64,000 nt of DNA, taken from assembly GCA_002633005.1 (NCBI GenBank), contig NMRA01000391.1, forward strand, positions 362,149 to 426,148, given 5' to 3'. A program made the translations under genes and the position numbers. Below, in pieces: positions 1 to 13,234 of this stretch (positions are counted from its first letter, which is position 1; each line of letters opens with the position of its first letter). This DNA comes from Phoronis australis (Eukaryota; Animalia; Phoronida). Below the pieces are notes generated by a model. That model did no database searches and was not told the origin of the DNA. It worked only from the letters and a program-made list of their open reading frames with translations.

Positions 1-236
1 TTATTTTAAAAATTACACATAAATTTCTAGTTATTTCTCAAATATTTGATTGCGCGTTGACAGAACATAACTTGGGATTAACTTTAAACTGGACTGCTTT
101 GCGGTCAAACTCCTTTGATGACGTTTTCTACTGAAAAGAAACGGAAAGAGCTTCCCAGGTTATGTAGGACCCTAGAAAAAAAACCTAATTTAGATGTCTT
201 CGGAGTCTTATGAAACTTTCAGATGCCATGCTTTGA

Positions 237-751
237 AGAGGCCTGGAACGCGATAAACAGACTAAATTGTAATAATGGAAGTGGTTTTCTGCCACTGAAA
301 CAGAATTCAACCTGCTCAGCAGGTACTTTTAGAGTTTGTTCGTAAAGATTTTTAATTTATGTTGATATCAAAGCATTATCTTTGTTTCAAATTTCAAAAA
401 TACCATTTGTCGATTTTTCTTCCACAAGGCAAAGCACCTCTCCTCATTTGTCATGGCAAGGCATAGTCGTCGCACATTTCTCTTACAGTGAAAATGTGAC
501 CTTTGACCTCAAGTGACTTCAAGCAACTCACTCTGAGCCCATTTATCATAAGTGAGAGGGAGATTAGAAACTCTGTGGTAACCACAGAGTTTTTCCTTCA
601 ACAGTATTTCAAAAATCGTTAATTCTGTGATTTTTTCCGGAAATTTCCTCACAGAGGAAAGTGAATTACTCTGCACTAGACGTTGCGAGATGGTACTTTA
701 GTAAGAATTGTTTAAAAGATATTTTGACGAGCTTTCGCGTTCCATGCCTCT
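237..751. mobile_element. MITE (Kolobok-like), apparently nested in another repeat
   Basis: AGAGGCCTGGAACGCGA ... TCGCGTTCCATGCCTCT|TTAA terminal inverted repeats; left flank TTGA. Confidence 0.65.
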
Positions 752-2626
752 TTAAATTGTTTTAAAAATGTTCCACTTTTGCATGAGGAACGATCAAAAA
801 TAGGACTTTTACGATATTCTTGAAAAAAAATCAAAAGTTGCATGAAACGAAAAAAATGATAATTTAGGAAGGTGTAACGGAATTTGGTCACGTTGTTGAT
901 ATTGTCGTTTTGTTATCAAGATACCTTTCGTTTTACTAAGTTTTATTAGAAGTACATAGTCGCGTGACCAAATTAATGGCAGATTAGTAACAAGTCAAAA
1001 ATTAATTTCTACAAACTTTCTACTTTAGAAAAAGTACATATTACTTTTACTGAGTTAAAATCTACAGTTTTGCAGATATTTGATTAATACACCGACTTGT
1101 CGATAACCAATCATCGTCTGATCACTCCGTAGCAGACACCACAGAATAAAAAACACAGTGTACTCTAACCCTGGGCTCCGACCACTCTGACTGTGATGTA
1201 TAAATAACGTCCAACTTGGTCATGTATATACAATGTATGTTAATGAGGCCCATATTTCGGACCTGACTGCAGTTGCGAAAGCGCGGCACCAATACCGAAT
1301 ATTGTTTTCATAAATCATTTACGTGGGAGACATACCGGTTGCCAATTTCCCCGTGAGAAATAGTCCACAGACGAATATAATGAGATATTAACCCATTTTA
1401 GTAATTCAAATTGTATCCGTCGATCTCTGTAATACGTGGAGACAATTGATAATTAATTGGTTGTGGAACCCTCCTTGTTACAAAAAACATCAGTCAGTAA
1501 AAATACAAAAATGCCAGTCAAATAATTTGGACGTTTGCCTTGAGTCAAGATTGAAATAGATACGAATAGTGAAGCAAATACAACAGATCACAAAGATGCA
1601 GAGCCACTGTGTGATATTCATTGGTGTCTCAAATCTAGTTTTTTAGTAAAAGGTCTTCGGTACACTTGTAGCCGGGAAAAGGAAAGTGAAGTCCGAAGTT
1701 AATTTATGCACAAAAAATCAGACGAGCATAGACGACAATGAAATAGTTGCAGTTTATCTGTATAAAATTTTATTGCTCGTTTAAACAGATTGTCGCACTC
1801 AGCAATGTACATAATAACGCGTAGGCCAGAGTTTCGTTCCGTAGACCTAAGACTTTCGCAAAGCACTGGGGTCAACAAATTTTCTCATATGAAATATCAG
1901 TTGCCACCATTTTATTAGTGTACGTCTCGAGCATACTCATGAAACGTTTGTTTTTCACTAGCGTGATTTTGCGTGGTCTTGCTTTTTGGCGAGATTCTTG
2001 TGTCTACGGAACGCAGCCCAGAAGTCCTAAACAGAGGCGATGAACGTCCCCTGTGACTTAAGCCTGTCTACACTGTAAATACGCCACCGATTTTCAAGTT
2101 CACGAAATCAGATAATTTGGACAAATCTAACAAAATTAATATTTCCCTACAGAATTCAGTCTATGGGTCTACGATAACAAATAAAAGTATTGGAAACCGT
2201 GAGTTCAGCAAACGGTGATTTCGACTAGTGTCGTTTTGTATGTATAGATGGCGCTTGAGACTAATGGAGCACACTTCTTCCGGCACTTCTCCGGATTTTG
2301 CAGAGATACACGGCACGGTATACAGTATCTTTGTCTGCGGTAGAAGTTCTTTACGTTGATTTTATACTCCTTAACCTGAAATAGAAATTTGGCAACGCAT
2401 CTTTTTGACACCATACTAAAATAAGATTAGTAAAAATCCCTCCCGGATAAACAGCGCTCTTCACGCGTAAAGCGCGTAATGTGTCCCATGCTTAAAAGTA
2501 GTTCCACGTGTAGTTTTATTGATACAAAGGTCTAGTGGCTGATGTATCCAGTTGGGGTTTTGGAGTCTATTACGATTTTTTGCTAAATTGTAATAAAAAG
2601 GCATGATCACGAGCCCAATGAACTAT

Positions 2627-3225
2627 AAGCATGATGAAAGTTCTCTGACAAGAGGTGAGATGTAGTCATTGAACTAAGCATGATGAAAATTCTCTGACAA
2701 GTGGGGAGATGTAGTCATTGAACTAAGCATGATGAAAGTTCTCTCAGTGGTGAGATGTAGTCATTAAACTAAGCATAATGAAAGTTCTCTGACAAGAGGT
2801 GAGATGTAGTCATTGAACTAAGCATGATGAAAGTTCTCTGACAAGTGGTGAGATGTAGTCATTGAACTAAGCATGATGAAAGTTCTCTGACAAGTGGTGA
2901 GATGTAGTCATTGAACTAAGCATAATGAAAGTTCTCTGACAAGAGGTGAGATGTAGTCATTGAACTAAGCATGATGAAAGTTCTCTAACAAGTGGTGAGA
3001 TGTAGTCATTTAACTAAGCATGATGAAAGTTCTCTGACAAGTGGTGAGATGTAGTCATTGAACCAAGCGTGATGAAAGTTCTCTGACAAGTGGTGAGATG
3101 TAGTCATTAAACTAAGCATGATGAAAGTTCTCTGACAAGTGGTGAGATGTAGTCATTGAACCAAGCATGATGAAAGTTCTCTGACAAGTGGTGAAATGTA
3201 GCCATTAAACGAACCATAATGAACT
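2627..3225. repeat. 49-bp minisatellite, 12 tandem copies
   Basis: Unit AAGCATGATGAAAGTTCTCTGACAAG(A/T)GGTGAGATGTAGTCATTGAACT starts at 2627, 2676, 2725, 2771, 2820, 2869, 2918, 2967, 3016, 3065, 3114 and 3163. Confidence 0.97.
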
Positions 3226-6200
3226 CAAAGTTCTCCTTAAACGTGGACCAAAAATTTTGCTTTAACAGTTTCAATTATTAATTTATAATATTCTTGCACT
3301 TTATGTTCAAAAGGAACCAATGTTGTTAAAGCGGCTACAAACCCACCTTTCGTCACAAAACAACTTTCGATTTAAACCACTTACCGTTGAGAAATTGGTC
3401 TCAGAGCGTTTTTTAGTCAAATTGGGGGTGATTTCAGGTCTTCCGAGGAACTAACAGTTCGTTATTTTTACGACCATCCTCGGAACATAAAATGGCACGC
3501 CGTAGTTACAAGCCACTTGTATTGCTTGATCCCAGAAATCGCTTTGCGTCTCAGTGAGGAACCAGTTGTGACCAGTTCTGTAGCGGCAAATGGTCTAAAT
3601 CAAAGATCGCAAGTCGAGTTCAACTGCTCTGGTGGAAAATCATACCTTTTTCCGTTGCTTCCAGTCAATTTTTCTTCAAAACTGGTGCTGGTTTCTATAA
3701 GTTACATTTTTGTGTGTTTGGCAAATAAAATGTCGAATTAACTTCTCTGGCAATACTCAAATAGTTTACAGGTGGGAATGTCTCCTGATTACGGATGTTA
3801 GTGTAATTTTTGGTGAGACTGCCTAATCATGGAACTTTGTCATGTGTTGTGATGAATCTGGATGCTTAGTGTTAGATCTTATGAAATACAATTATTTATT
3901 AGGTGCTTATACTCAGTGCGGCCCGTAAAATCTGAAATCGCAAATGGAACAATAATCGCACGCGTAATAATTATTACATTTGCGGTTGATATTAATAGCT
4001 AACGACTTCGACCGCAAATGTTAGGATTGTTTGTTTGCGGTTACCTTGTTACTTGCGTGGATGTAGCAAAATAGTGCCAGGGGAGATAAACGGTAGTACG
4101 AAGAATTACGTTGAATACCTCATCCACTTCGATGATTGAATGCTATTTTATCATGTTTATTGGGCACTATACATTGAAAGTCATAATCAACGAACCGTTG
4201 AACTATTTGTCGGTGTCTAGAGAGAACGTTTCCCCGACACCGGTCGCCACAACTATAGCCCCACTTCGTCGACACAGGTGGCACAATGAAATCACCTCTA
4301 AACGTCACCGATTTAGCAACTTTATTATCCCGCAGTCTGCTATCTTGTTGTCACAAATCTCCCCCCTCTCTTCGTCGCCAACTCTGTTACCCAGCACATC
4401 GTGCTATCCCCTCACAAATCAGCAGCTATTGGAGTATGTCAGAACTGCCACCCTCGTAAGTTTTGCCCAAGCTCTGTTTATGAAGTAAATTTTTTTCGCA
4501 GATGAACATTAATCGGTCTCACGATACGCCTTGCGGATTTTGACGAACATGTCTGGTATCAACATGGTGGACACCAACGATGCTAGTGTTGATGAATCTT
4601 CGTGCTCGGCAGGTAAATTTAGGCACGGGGACACTACTCAGAGTGTAAATATGTTTAGATGAAGCGACGAAAGAGAAGATGGCACCGCCTCGGTAGGGAG
4701 ACACAGATAATCTTGGTAGTGGTAGGACCACCAGGTGCAATGCTCTAGCGTGGTTAGTATACCGAGTACTATGTCACAAAAAATGAAGTAAGCGACTGTG
4801 AGGGATCATTGGCGAATGTAAAAAATAGCTTGTTTACAGTGACGTCCACGTTAATTTATTTGTGTATTGGGTCATCTAGAAATATCTTTATCCTAATTAA
4901 GAGCACTTACTTTTTGGTTGGCTATACCGATGTCACGTGTTGCCCGTGAGGGTTCTGGGATTCAGTTGATTAAACAAACTCGAGGTTTAACCTAAAGTCG
5001 CTTGCACAAAAATTAACCAGAGGGGATTTACATTTGATATTGGGTTTGTTACTGGGTTTAATGAAATGTTGAGTGTCATCTAAAATTTCAAAATTCAGAA
5101 TTAATCTTAACCTGCTTATCGTATTGCAGTCAGCCATGGATTCAGCTTTGCCGACTATTCATCTCGGGCTGTACGCAATCAAGTTCACACCCGCCTTGTT
5201 ATTTCTCTGAAAATCGATGGCCAGGGAACGACCCGACTTACTTATCACATTTATTTTACAATTATTTACTAGCAACTTTTCTGAAAATCCATGTGTCCGA
5301 TTTCGATGGGCACGTTTTTGTTAAAACATTTAACAATTTTCATTACGTCCGTCTAATTAATAAGTATCTTTAATCAACGCATTTAGTTTCCTGGCGCAAA
5401 ATAGGAATCGTACTCATACCGGGATGTATCGTGTCCTGAGCTTAAAAGTTCGCTTTTTAATTTGTATTTTGAATGAATTTTTTAATTTGTATTTAAAAAT
5501 CTCTTAACGTTGGGATTTTAAACTACATTTGGCTTCTTGTTTAGTTGTCTGGAAAACCAACGTCAACACCAAAGTTGCTCTTGAATTTTTTGGACTTCAT
5601 TTTCCGCTGCACGAAGAACGCCTCTTGGAAATTTCGTCAAAATCCCGAGGTTTGCAGAGGGATTTTGACGAAATTTCGAAGAGGTTTTGCTCATATCATG
5701 AGTCTTGTTGGATTTGTTTTCCCACATGAACCGTAAAAATGATCTTTTTTGGCAAAAAACTCGATGTGTCTAAAAAAATAAAATTTTAAATCACATGACG
5801 CAACTTCTATGGTCTCACCGCAAAGTTTCGGGGTTCGTCTCCGTTTGAGTAAACGTGGATGAGGAATTTGTTTGCATGTTCTTCCGACTGCGAGTACATA
5901 CAGTAGCGACACCCGATTTGACAATCACAAACCTTGTCACCTTCACGGAATTCCTGCATCGTTTGGATTTGCAGACGATAAAATGTAAGCCGTATAGATT
6001 TCTACTTTGCACTACTTTGTGATTCGCCATGTAATATAAAAAATACGTTCTCGGCGTTATTGGGCAGTCGTGCCGTAGCACATTTCAGTTCATGTGACAA
6101 ATAGAGAATCCTACACGAGTTCAAATTTCGTCAAAATCCCAAGGCTTGCCGAGGGATTTTGCAGAAATTTCCAAGAAGTTTTGCCCATGTCATAAACTTG

Positions 6201-7154
6201 AGACGAGTGTAAGGTTTGTTTTCTCACGTGAACCATAAAAACGACCTTTTGCCGAAAAACTCGATGTGTTTAAAACTTACATACACAAAACGTGCCGAGA
6301 GTGGCGTAGGCCTTAATGAAGTAATATCCCACGAGCGAGACCGCAGGTCGAGGTCGATACGCGGAATAAGGTCGAGTGGGATATTACTTCTTGTACGCCA
6401 ATCGAGGTACATTTTGTATTTATCACATGCGCTTCGAATTCCTAAGTTTCTTTCATTTTTTCGGCAGATTTTTCAAATATTTCACCCAGACTGTTCACAT
6501 GGCGGATCACATCCTATATGTATGTACTTGCGCGTTAGGTTGCAAGTTTTCTCTTGTAAAAGAAACAGTTTTAAAAGTAACGATTTATTTCTTGAAAAGA
6601 GGTAACGAAGGTGAAAACAACGGCAACTGTGCAGTGAACTTGTAACATCTCCTGGAACTAGTTAAAAACATTTGATATTTTAGTTTCCTAGGAATCGGCG
6701 CCTGCGTTGCAGATATTTAGCAATTGAAAACTGAGACATAAGTGTCTTATAATTAACAGTTTTGTTCCATATTTTACGTTTAGGGCCTGGTTGCATAGCG
6801 AGTGTTAATTACACTGCTGCAACTGTATTACTTTCAACTTTATTCGGAAAGTTTGAGTATCGAACCGGCTGAAGACGTCGAGTCGACATATGACCTACCT
6901 TTTGAACTTTCCATGTCAGAGGTCACTGTTGAAGTAGTGCGGGAGGTGAAAACGGAAAACTTTATTACATGGCCGTATTTCCCTCCACAGATTCAACGCG
7001 TATGGGATAAAACCACATGACGCAACTTTTGTAAAAGCATGTTCGCGCAACGTAAAGTGAACCCCGTTACTTTGTGTTAATAATTTTATTTTAAACTTAA
7101 CAATTGTAAATTGTATTTAGCTTTCATAACAAACGTTCAAGTTAATACTCTTTA

Positions 7155-7556
7155 AGGCCAGTCTTAAAAATATCTGTTTGTCCTTACCCGACCCTACTTT
7201 TAACATCTGGGGTAGGTAGATAGGAGACAAAATAATAACTTCATACATCAATTTTCCTATTTCTCAACTAATGAGCCACGCCTTCTTCAAGAATCTTTAG
7301 AAATTAACAACTCACGTTTTAGATTTTGTTGAAGGATTTTTGACCGTTTTTTTGTAATGAACCCACCAATTGCCGGTAAGGACTTTTTCCTGGGCTGAGT
7401 CATCAATCAAGCAAAAGTGCGAAATTGATTACAACATTTTATGTAGAGTAATAAATAAATAGTCATAGGAATGTTGCCAATAAACTTTTCTGAATTGGGA
7501 GGTTTTTAGCGGGTCGGTCGGGCATGGGCAAAAGAACGTAATTTTTATTTAGACCT
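7155..7556. mobile_element. Degenerate MITE (Harbinger-like)
   Basis: Imperfect inverted ends: AGGCC...TTTGTCCTTACCCGACC versus GGTCGGGCATGGGCAAAA...GACCT. Confidence 0.5.
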
Positions 7557-10144
7557 AACTTGTAATATTTAAACTTCACAAATGTTTATAAACAACACTT
7601 TCAGCTGGGTTGAATTGACCTTTGAGGCAGCACAGCTAGTCGGTGGTTTCTTGAGTTCGGGTTCGTCTCCGTAAACGTGGATATGGATTTCGCCGCCGAA
7701 GATGGGTCCGTTTAAGAAGTTGTTTGTGGACGCTCTCTTTTAATCACAGTTGTGACACTTGATTTGCCAATCATAACATTGTCAGGCTACCTTCAAGAAT
7801 TCCGGCTTTGTTTGGTTGTTGGTATTAATGATTTGCAGACGATAAAATGTAAGTCGTATGGATTTCTACTTTGCATTACTTTGTGATTCGCCCATGTAAT
7901 ATCAAAAAATTACGTACTCGGTGCTGTTAACCAGTCGTGTCGTACCGGTAACGCATTCCAGTTCATGTGAGAAATGAATTTCTAATCCGTGGGACCTTAT
8001 CGTCAATAGTTGTCTGCTAAAGTTGTCGCGAGGACCAAGCAAATTAAAATTAGGCGGAAACATCAGAGATACTCTTACTGCACGTTTAGTTAAAGGTGCA
8101 CTTCGCCACTGTTTGCTGTCACTGTTGACTTCTTAACTAAAACACCTTGATGGTTTAAAAAAAACATTACTACGCTTATATTACCTTGAAATGTGGAATT
8201 TTCGAATTCAAAGTTTTAGGGTTGGGAGGCGGGGCAAGCCCAATAAATTCTCAAACGTTTTCTTGAGTCGCTCATGGTTTCGATGTTCTTTTTGGTAATG
8301 AAAATAGAGCTCTACCACGCTAAGGAATATTATGAGACCAATTTTATGAAACTAAACGGCCGAATTCGATCTTCCTTTTTATCCAGATAAAAAGGGTGAC
8401 ATGCAGATTTAAATTATTTTTACTAACTGTTACATACTTCTCTGTGCAAAGGAGCACCCTTGTCCTATTTTATTGGTGCATACACACAAATTCAAAAATT
8501 ACATCTATGTTCGATTTTGTTTATTTTGAAAAAAATATTTCACGTTGAAAGATCATATTTGGGAATAATCTACAAAAATGGTTTGCGTCAAAATTCGTTT
8601 TATGAATTTATTAAGTAAATTCGGGGAAAATAGGCATGACTCGTGAAAGTAATCGCGCATATAATTTCGTGCACTTGTTTTGTAATTTATGGTCGAAGAA
8701 AATGAACCGCTACGGAAACACAAACCACCGTAACCAAATATCAAAAATTAGTTAGGTTTTAGACAAACACTGCTTTCGTATTAAAAAACCCTGTCTATGA
8801 AACAACCAGAAAGAATATTATATAATTTTGTCACTGCGAGCAGACAGGAAAAGACAACATATTTTTCTTAAATATTCTGCCAAAACATGTCCGCAGAAGT
8901 AACTGACATATCGTCGCGAACAGTTGCTTGAAACTTCAAGGCACGGATTTAGATTTACAGTTATCGGATGATTTTGATTACGTTGGTAATAGACAGCTAA
9001 AACGTTCACAGACTCGCCTTCTGTCACAGAAAAACTTTTGATTAAAACGGCATAATGTTACGAAATTGGTCTCAAATTGTTCCTTAATGTCAAACTGGAA
9101 TTGATATCAATGAACCGACAGTTCGTTATTGTTTGAGACCTGCTTTTAAACTTGGCGTGCATCGGCGAGTCAGTTTTGCCACGATCATGGTCTTAACGAA
9201 GTGAATAATTAAAGAATAGTCAGAAAGCACTTCCTCTCTGAGGATAGAATAAGTCGAGGCCAATTTTATAACGGTAGGTGGCCTTAGAAATCAAACGTTC
9301 ACTTCTTGGACTGAACTCGGGTACAAGTTCAGGAACAACAATGCCAAAATGGGGTTTTCAGTAATAAAACCATTAGTTAGACTAATCTCTTCAGGTGAAA
9401 TGGCCGTAAAAACAAGCACAGTCCTTGAGTGCATATTTAATGCGGCTATATTGGGTCAACAAGCATTACGTTGTGCCTAGACGGTCATTAAAAGTGTGTG
9501 GGGCTTTGGGAATCAGTGATATGTAGCCTATATATAGTACCAATAATCAGTTTTGGCAGATCAATTGTTGGGCATTGCACTGTGCAATAAAGCGCCGAAC
9601 ACGTCGTTCTGAATGCGAGTTTGTAAGCCTAGTTCTGAGTGATCAATAGAAAGAGCTACACTCAATGCCGTGTTTAAAAAGTCGCACAGCGCGCCGGTGT
9701 GTTGACTATGCGCAGTGTTCTGACCGTTTATTGAAGTTGATCCTATACAAATAACACGGCCGTGTTGTCGTTACTATGGACGATCACTTACGTAGGAACA
9801 CGGGGAATAAAAGGTAATCAAATCTGATCAATACCAATTATTTGAATTTCATAACTACTACGTCGAGTCTAGTTTATAACTTATTGTCGAGTCACTTGGA
9901 TGCATTTACGATTGGAATCTATTCATGTTGATGGAGAGTTGGACGTATGAAGTTTGTGACATTTTGGATGCAATATCTTCGGAAAACCGTCCCGATATGT
10001 CGATCCAACTGGACTGAGATTACTTCGACACGAGAAAGATGCCTGATTTTCTGATTGAATACGGTTGCATGAGGTAGTACATTTTAGCTACCCGGAGGAG
10101 CTTTGTTGGCGCTTTCACTGCCGAATTTTCGAGACATCATCGGA

Positions 10145-11197
10145 ATGTCATCAACTAGTAAAATGGCGGAAAATGCCACTGAGGAATCGGACAAAGACAC
10201 CCTTGCAGAGCTCAACAAAGATTTCAAAAGATCGAAAGTGATGCAGATTCTTAGGTTTTTGCATGACCAGGATATGCTAAATAAAAGATTCAATGCTATA
10301 GACATGGACAGTGACATAGACACAGATGGAACAACGTCGGACTCCGACTGCACTTTAACTCCACAACAGAGACTGAATCGTCTTCGTGATGGTAACGTCC
10401 TGGTGGATTCTGAAGGAAGTGAGAGCTCCGTGCCTAGCTTTACAAGAAACAGACGGTTACGTACAGCAACCGTCGATGCGAGACTGGAACTTGACAGTGA
10501 GGAGGGGGCTTGGGCGGTATCATCGCCGACGTCACCGATGCCCCCTACAGAACCGTGTAAAACAAAATCGCGATTTCGTAGTAAAACGGACGGTGAAAAG
10601 ACTAGACGAGTTTTAACCAAACTTAATGTTCGACCAGCAAGTGCCATTGGCAATGGCCTTTCTAAAAATACTCAAAGGTACAAATGTGCTGAGCAACTTA
10701 ACAAGGAACAGACAACCTCAAATTTGAATGGCGATCAACTCAGGTATCCTGGCACGGAGATTCTTTGGGATCCAACATGTGTTGAGAGCAGTTATGATTC
10801 CAATCGTGTTTCCATGATAAGTTCTCGAATAAGAAAAAGCGGACCTTCCTCATTAAGTACATGCCACAACACCAACATTGTTCCCGTGCGCAGCAGTCAG
10901 TTGGTGGCGGATTCCTTACTTCGAGGAGGAGGCGCGATAAACGGTTTGACCGGACACACTTACGCAAGCAAGTTTAGAGGTTTGCGTGACAGACAATTAA
11001 GGATTGCAACCGAACAATTTGATATTCGTGAAATAGGATCTATAAGAGATGCTAGTGACTTGAAGGCGATACGAAAATGTAGTAAACAAGACAAGTCTGA
11101 TCAGGTGACAACAATAGCCATGGTAAAGTTACCGCCGTTGACGTCGTTGGAGAAACATAAACTGGTGACAGGGTCGAACCTAGTTAACACATGTTGA
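10145..11197 (+). CDS. Intronless uncharacterised protein (about 350 aa), Ser/Thr/Asp/Arg-rich, probably largely disordered
   Basis: An open frame of more than 1 kb in AT-rich DNA. First in-frame ATG at 10145 (MSSTSKMAEN); the track start at 10103 is TTG. Followed by a UTR-like region with AATAAA at 12328. No domain recognised. Confidence 0.65.
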   Translation: MSSTSKMAENATEESDKDTLAELNKDFKRSKVMQILRFLHDQDMLNKRFNAIDMDSDIDTDGTTSDSDCTLTPQQRLNRLRDGNVLVDSEGSESSVPSFTRNRRLRTATVDARLELDSEEGAWAVSSPTSPMPPTEPCKTKSRFRSKTDGEKTRRVLTKLNVRPASAIGNGLSKNTQRYKCAEQLNKEQTTSNLNGDQLRYPGTEILWDPTCVESSYDSNRVSMISSRIRKSGPSSLSTCHNTNIVPVRSSQLVADSLLRGGGAINGLTGHTYASKFRGLRDRQLRIATEQFDIREIGSIRDASDLKAIRKCSKQDKSDQVTTIAMVKLPPLTSLEKHKLVTGSNLVNTC

Positions 11198-13234
11198 TGA
11201 GATTTAAAAGTGCAGTGGTATTTAGAAGTGTTTAATTTCTTCTGACGATTATTATGACGAAATGACACTCACCAGAGTCTCGGTGTCCTGGGTTTTAACC
11301 CATGTTGCCCAAACCACTTAATTTTATGGTGCTAGAATTTACTCAGAGTCTGTTTGTGACGTATTTACCAATGAAACTTCAGTATTTCATGAATTTTAAG
11401 AGGATAATTGAACTCCGCCGGTATTTCTTTGGTTCACCGGCACGACGAAAAACGATAAAAACCCTGTGGAACACAGAGCCGTTGGGTCCAAGTCAGTCAT
11501 TTTGCAACAGACAGAATATTTGATCATTTAAAGTTTACATCCCACTCCTATAGAATTTAATTAACTGACTAAAACTCTGAAACATTTCACTGTATATGAA
11601 TAATTCTCGTAACTAGTTTATAATGATATCACGCGTGTCTCGCGTTTTCCGCCTTTTCCTAATATTTGAACAGCGACCACCAACAACTATGTCTTGTGGA
11701 AAGCAAATACTATGAACCCTCTACACGTCATTTTAGACAACTTATAGCTAGGACTCGGTCTCAACTTGTTCCTTAGTGATTTCTGAGTTAGGAAACAATT
11801 GACAGTCGATTCATTGACACCAACACGAACAAGTTGATTTGATGCGCCGAGCACGGCCTCACACGCTGAGCACGGTCTCACGCGCCGAGCACGGTCTCAC
11901 GCAAAAACAAAATGTCAGTTCTTTCCAAGCCTAGATATCACTTCTTAATCCAGTAACAGACAAGTTGAGTCTAGATTTATAGGGGTATGAAATCTAAACC
12001 AAAGCCTCGTTTTATGTGGAAACGCTGGTTTAAAACGGATTTAAAGTATTAATGAATTGTATTTATTTCTACAGTCACCTAATTACGTCTGTGGATGATG
12101 TTCACGTAAATGTACATAAGTATCATCCCCTGTGCTGCAAACACGCGCCATGTTGTGATATTTGTCACGTGTAAGACAATCTTAGTGTTGTAGGCCATAA
12201 TATTGACTGTGACATAACGTGTTGTTTACATGTTCAATCATTGTCACTGTTGGGCAATCTAGTAATCAGAAAACAAATACGCCAACCTTAATGTACCGTC
12301 TTTTTGTTTTCACGTTGGCAATTACTCAATAAATCGTCTCGAAAATCATTCGTTTCACATCTCCTAACACCATGTTAAACGCCTGGTTTCATCTGAAGTC
12401 TAGGTTAAAAAACTGAGGCTGTTCAGTAATTAAACTTATCTTTATAGCTGTAATTTGATTTTTGGCAGGACGTCAACACTATTGTTTAAAAGTGTGTAGC
12501 CTAACGCCTGGCACATGATGACATGGAACCAACGTTGTAATCTAATGATAACTCGTGAAACGGGGCTCAGAACAACCAAAACTTTGGTTCTGACCCCAGG
12601 AACTAATCTCCAAGCCCAGACTCGACACGGATCTAGACTCTAAATTTAAACAATCACGCAAACTCGTAAGTTTACTCGAAGCGCGTGCCATGCAGTTAAA
12701 GAGATTAAAATCCCCGTGCTCGCTTCAAAACGTGTCGTTCCAACAATGGCATTTCGCCATCGCGTCATTCTGCTGACGTCAAATTGACAATCAAGGATCA
12801 AGACTTTGTTAAGTCGCTTCATGAAACGGTGACTTCGCCAATCTGCCGTTTTAACTTTTATTCAGCTTAGATTTGTTGATAGTGTGATCATTGTGGTATA
12901 TTTCCCTCAAACGATTTTATTACTTCCTTACCCACTTCAAAACAAATCAGCTAATGTCAAACCATGTTACTCAGAAACACAAAGTATTTCTCAAACCTTT
13001 TTATGATTGAAAACGATTTCAATCTCCAAAAAGCAGGGCATCGGCAAGATAAAAACAATAGTTGAAAAACCCTAGACATAACAGTTTCATTTCGATCACG
13101 ATTGATTTATCATTCGGGGGTGACCAGGCCGTTGATGACAGAAACTAAATAATATAATTTATAGCATTGAAATTTTGAGGAAGTTTCCTTCGAGTCATTG
13201 GCCGGGTCCATGATTTTCTTCCGAGAGGCATCTA

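Noticed and set aside
2627-3225. Possible CRISPR array
   Set aside because: Units are contiguous with no unique spacers, there are no cas genes, and the context is eukaryotic. It is a minisatellite.
10084-10653. 189-aa minus-strand ORF
   Set aside because: Antisense shadow of the longer plus-strand ORF; no independent features.
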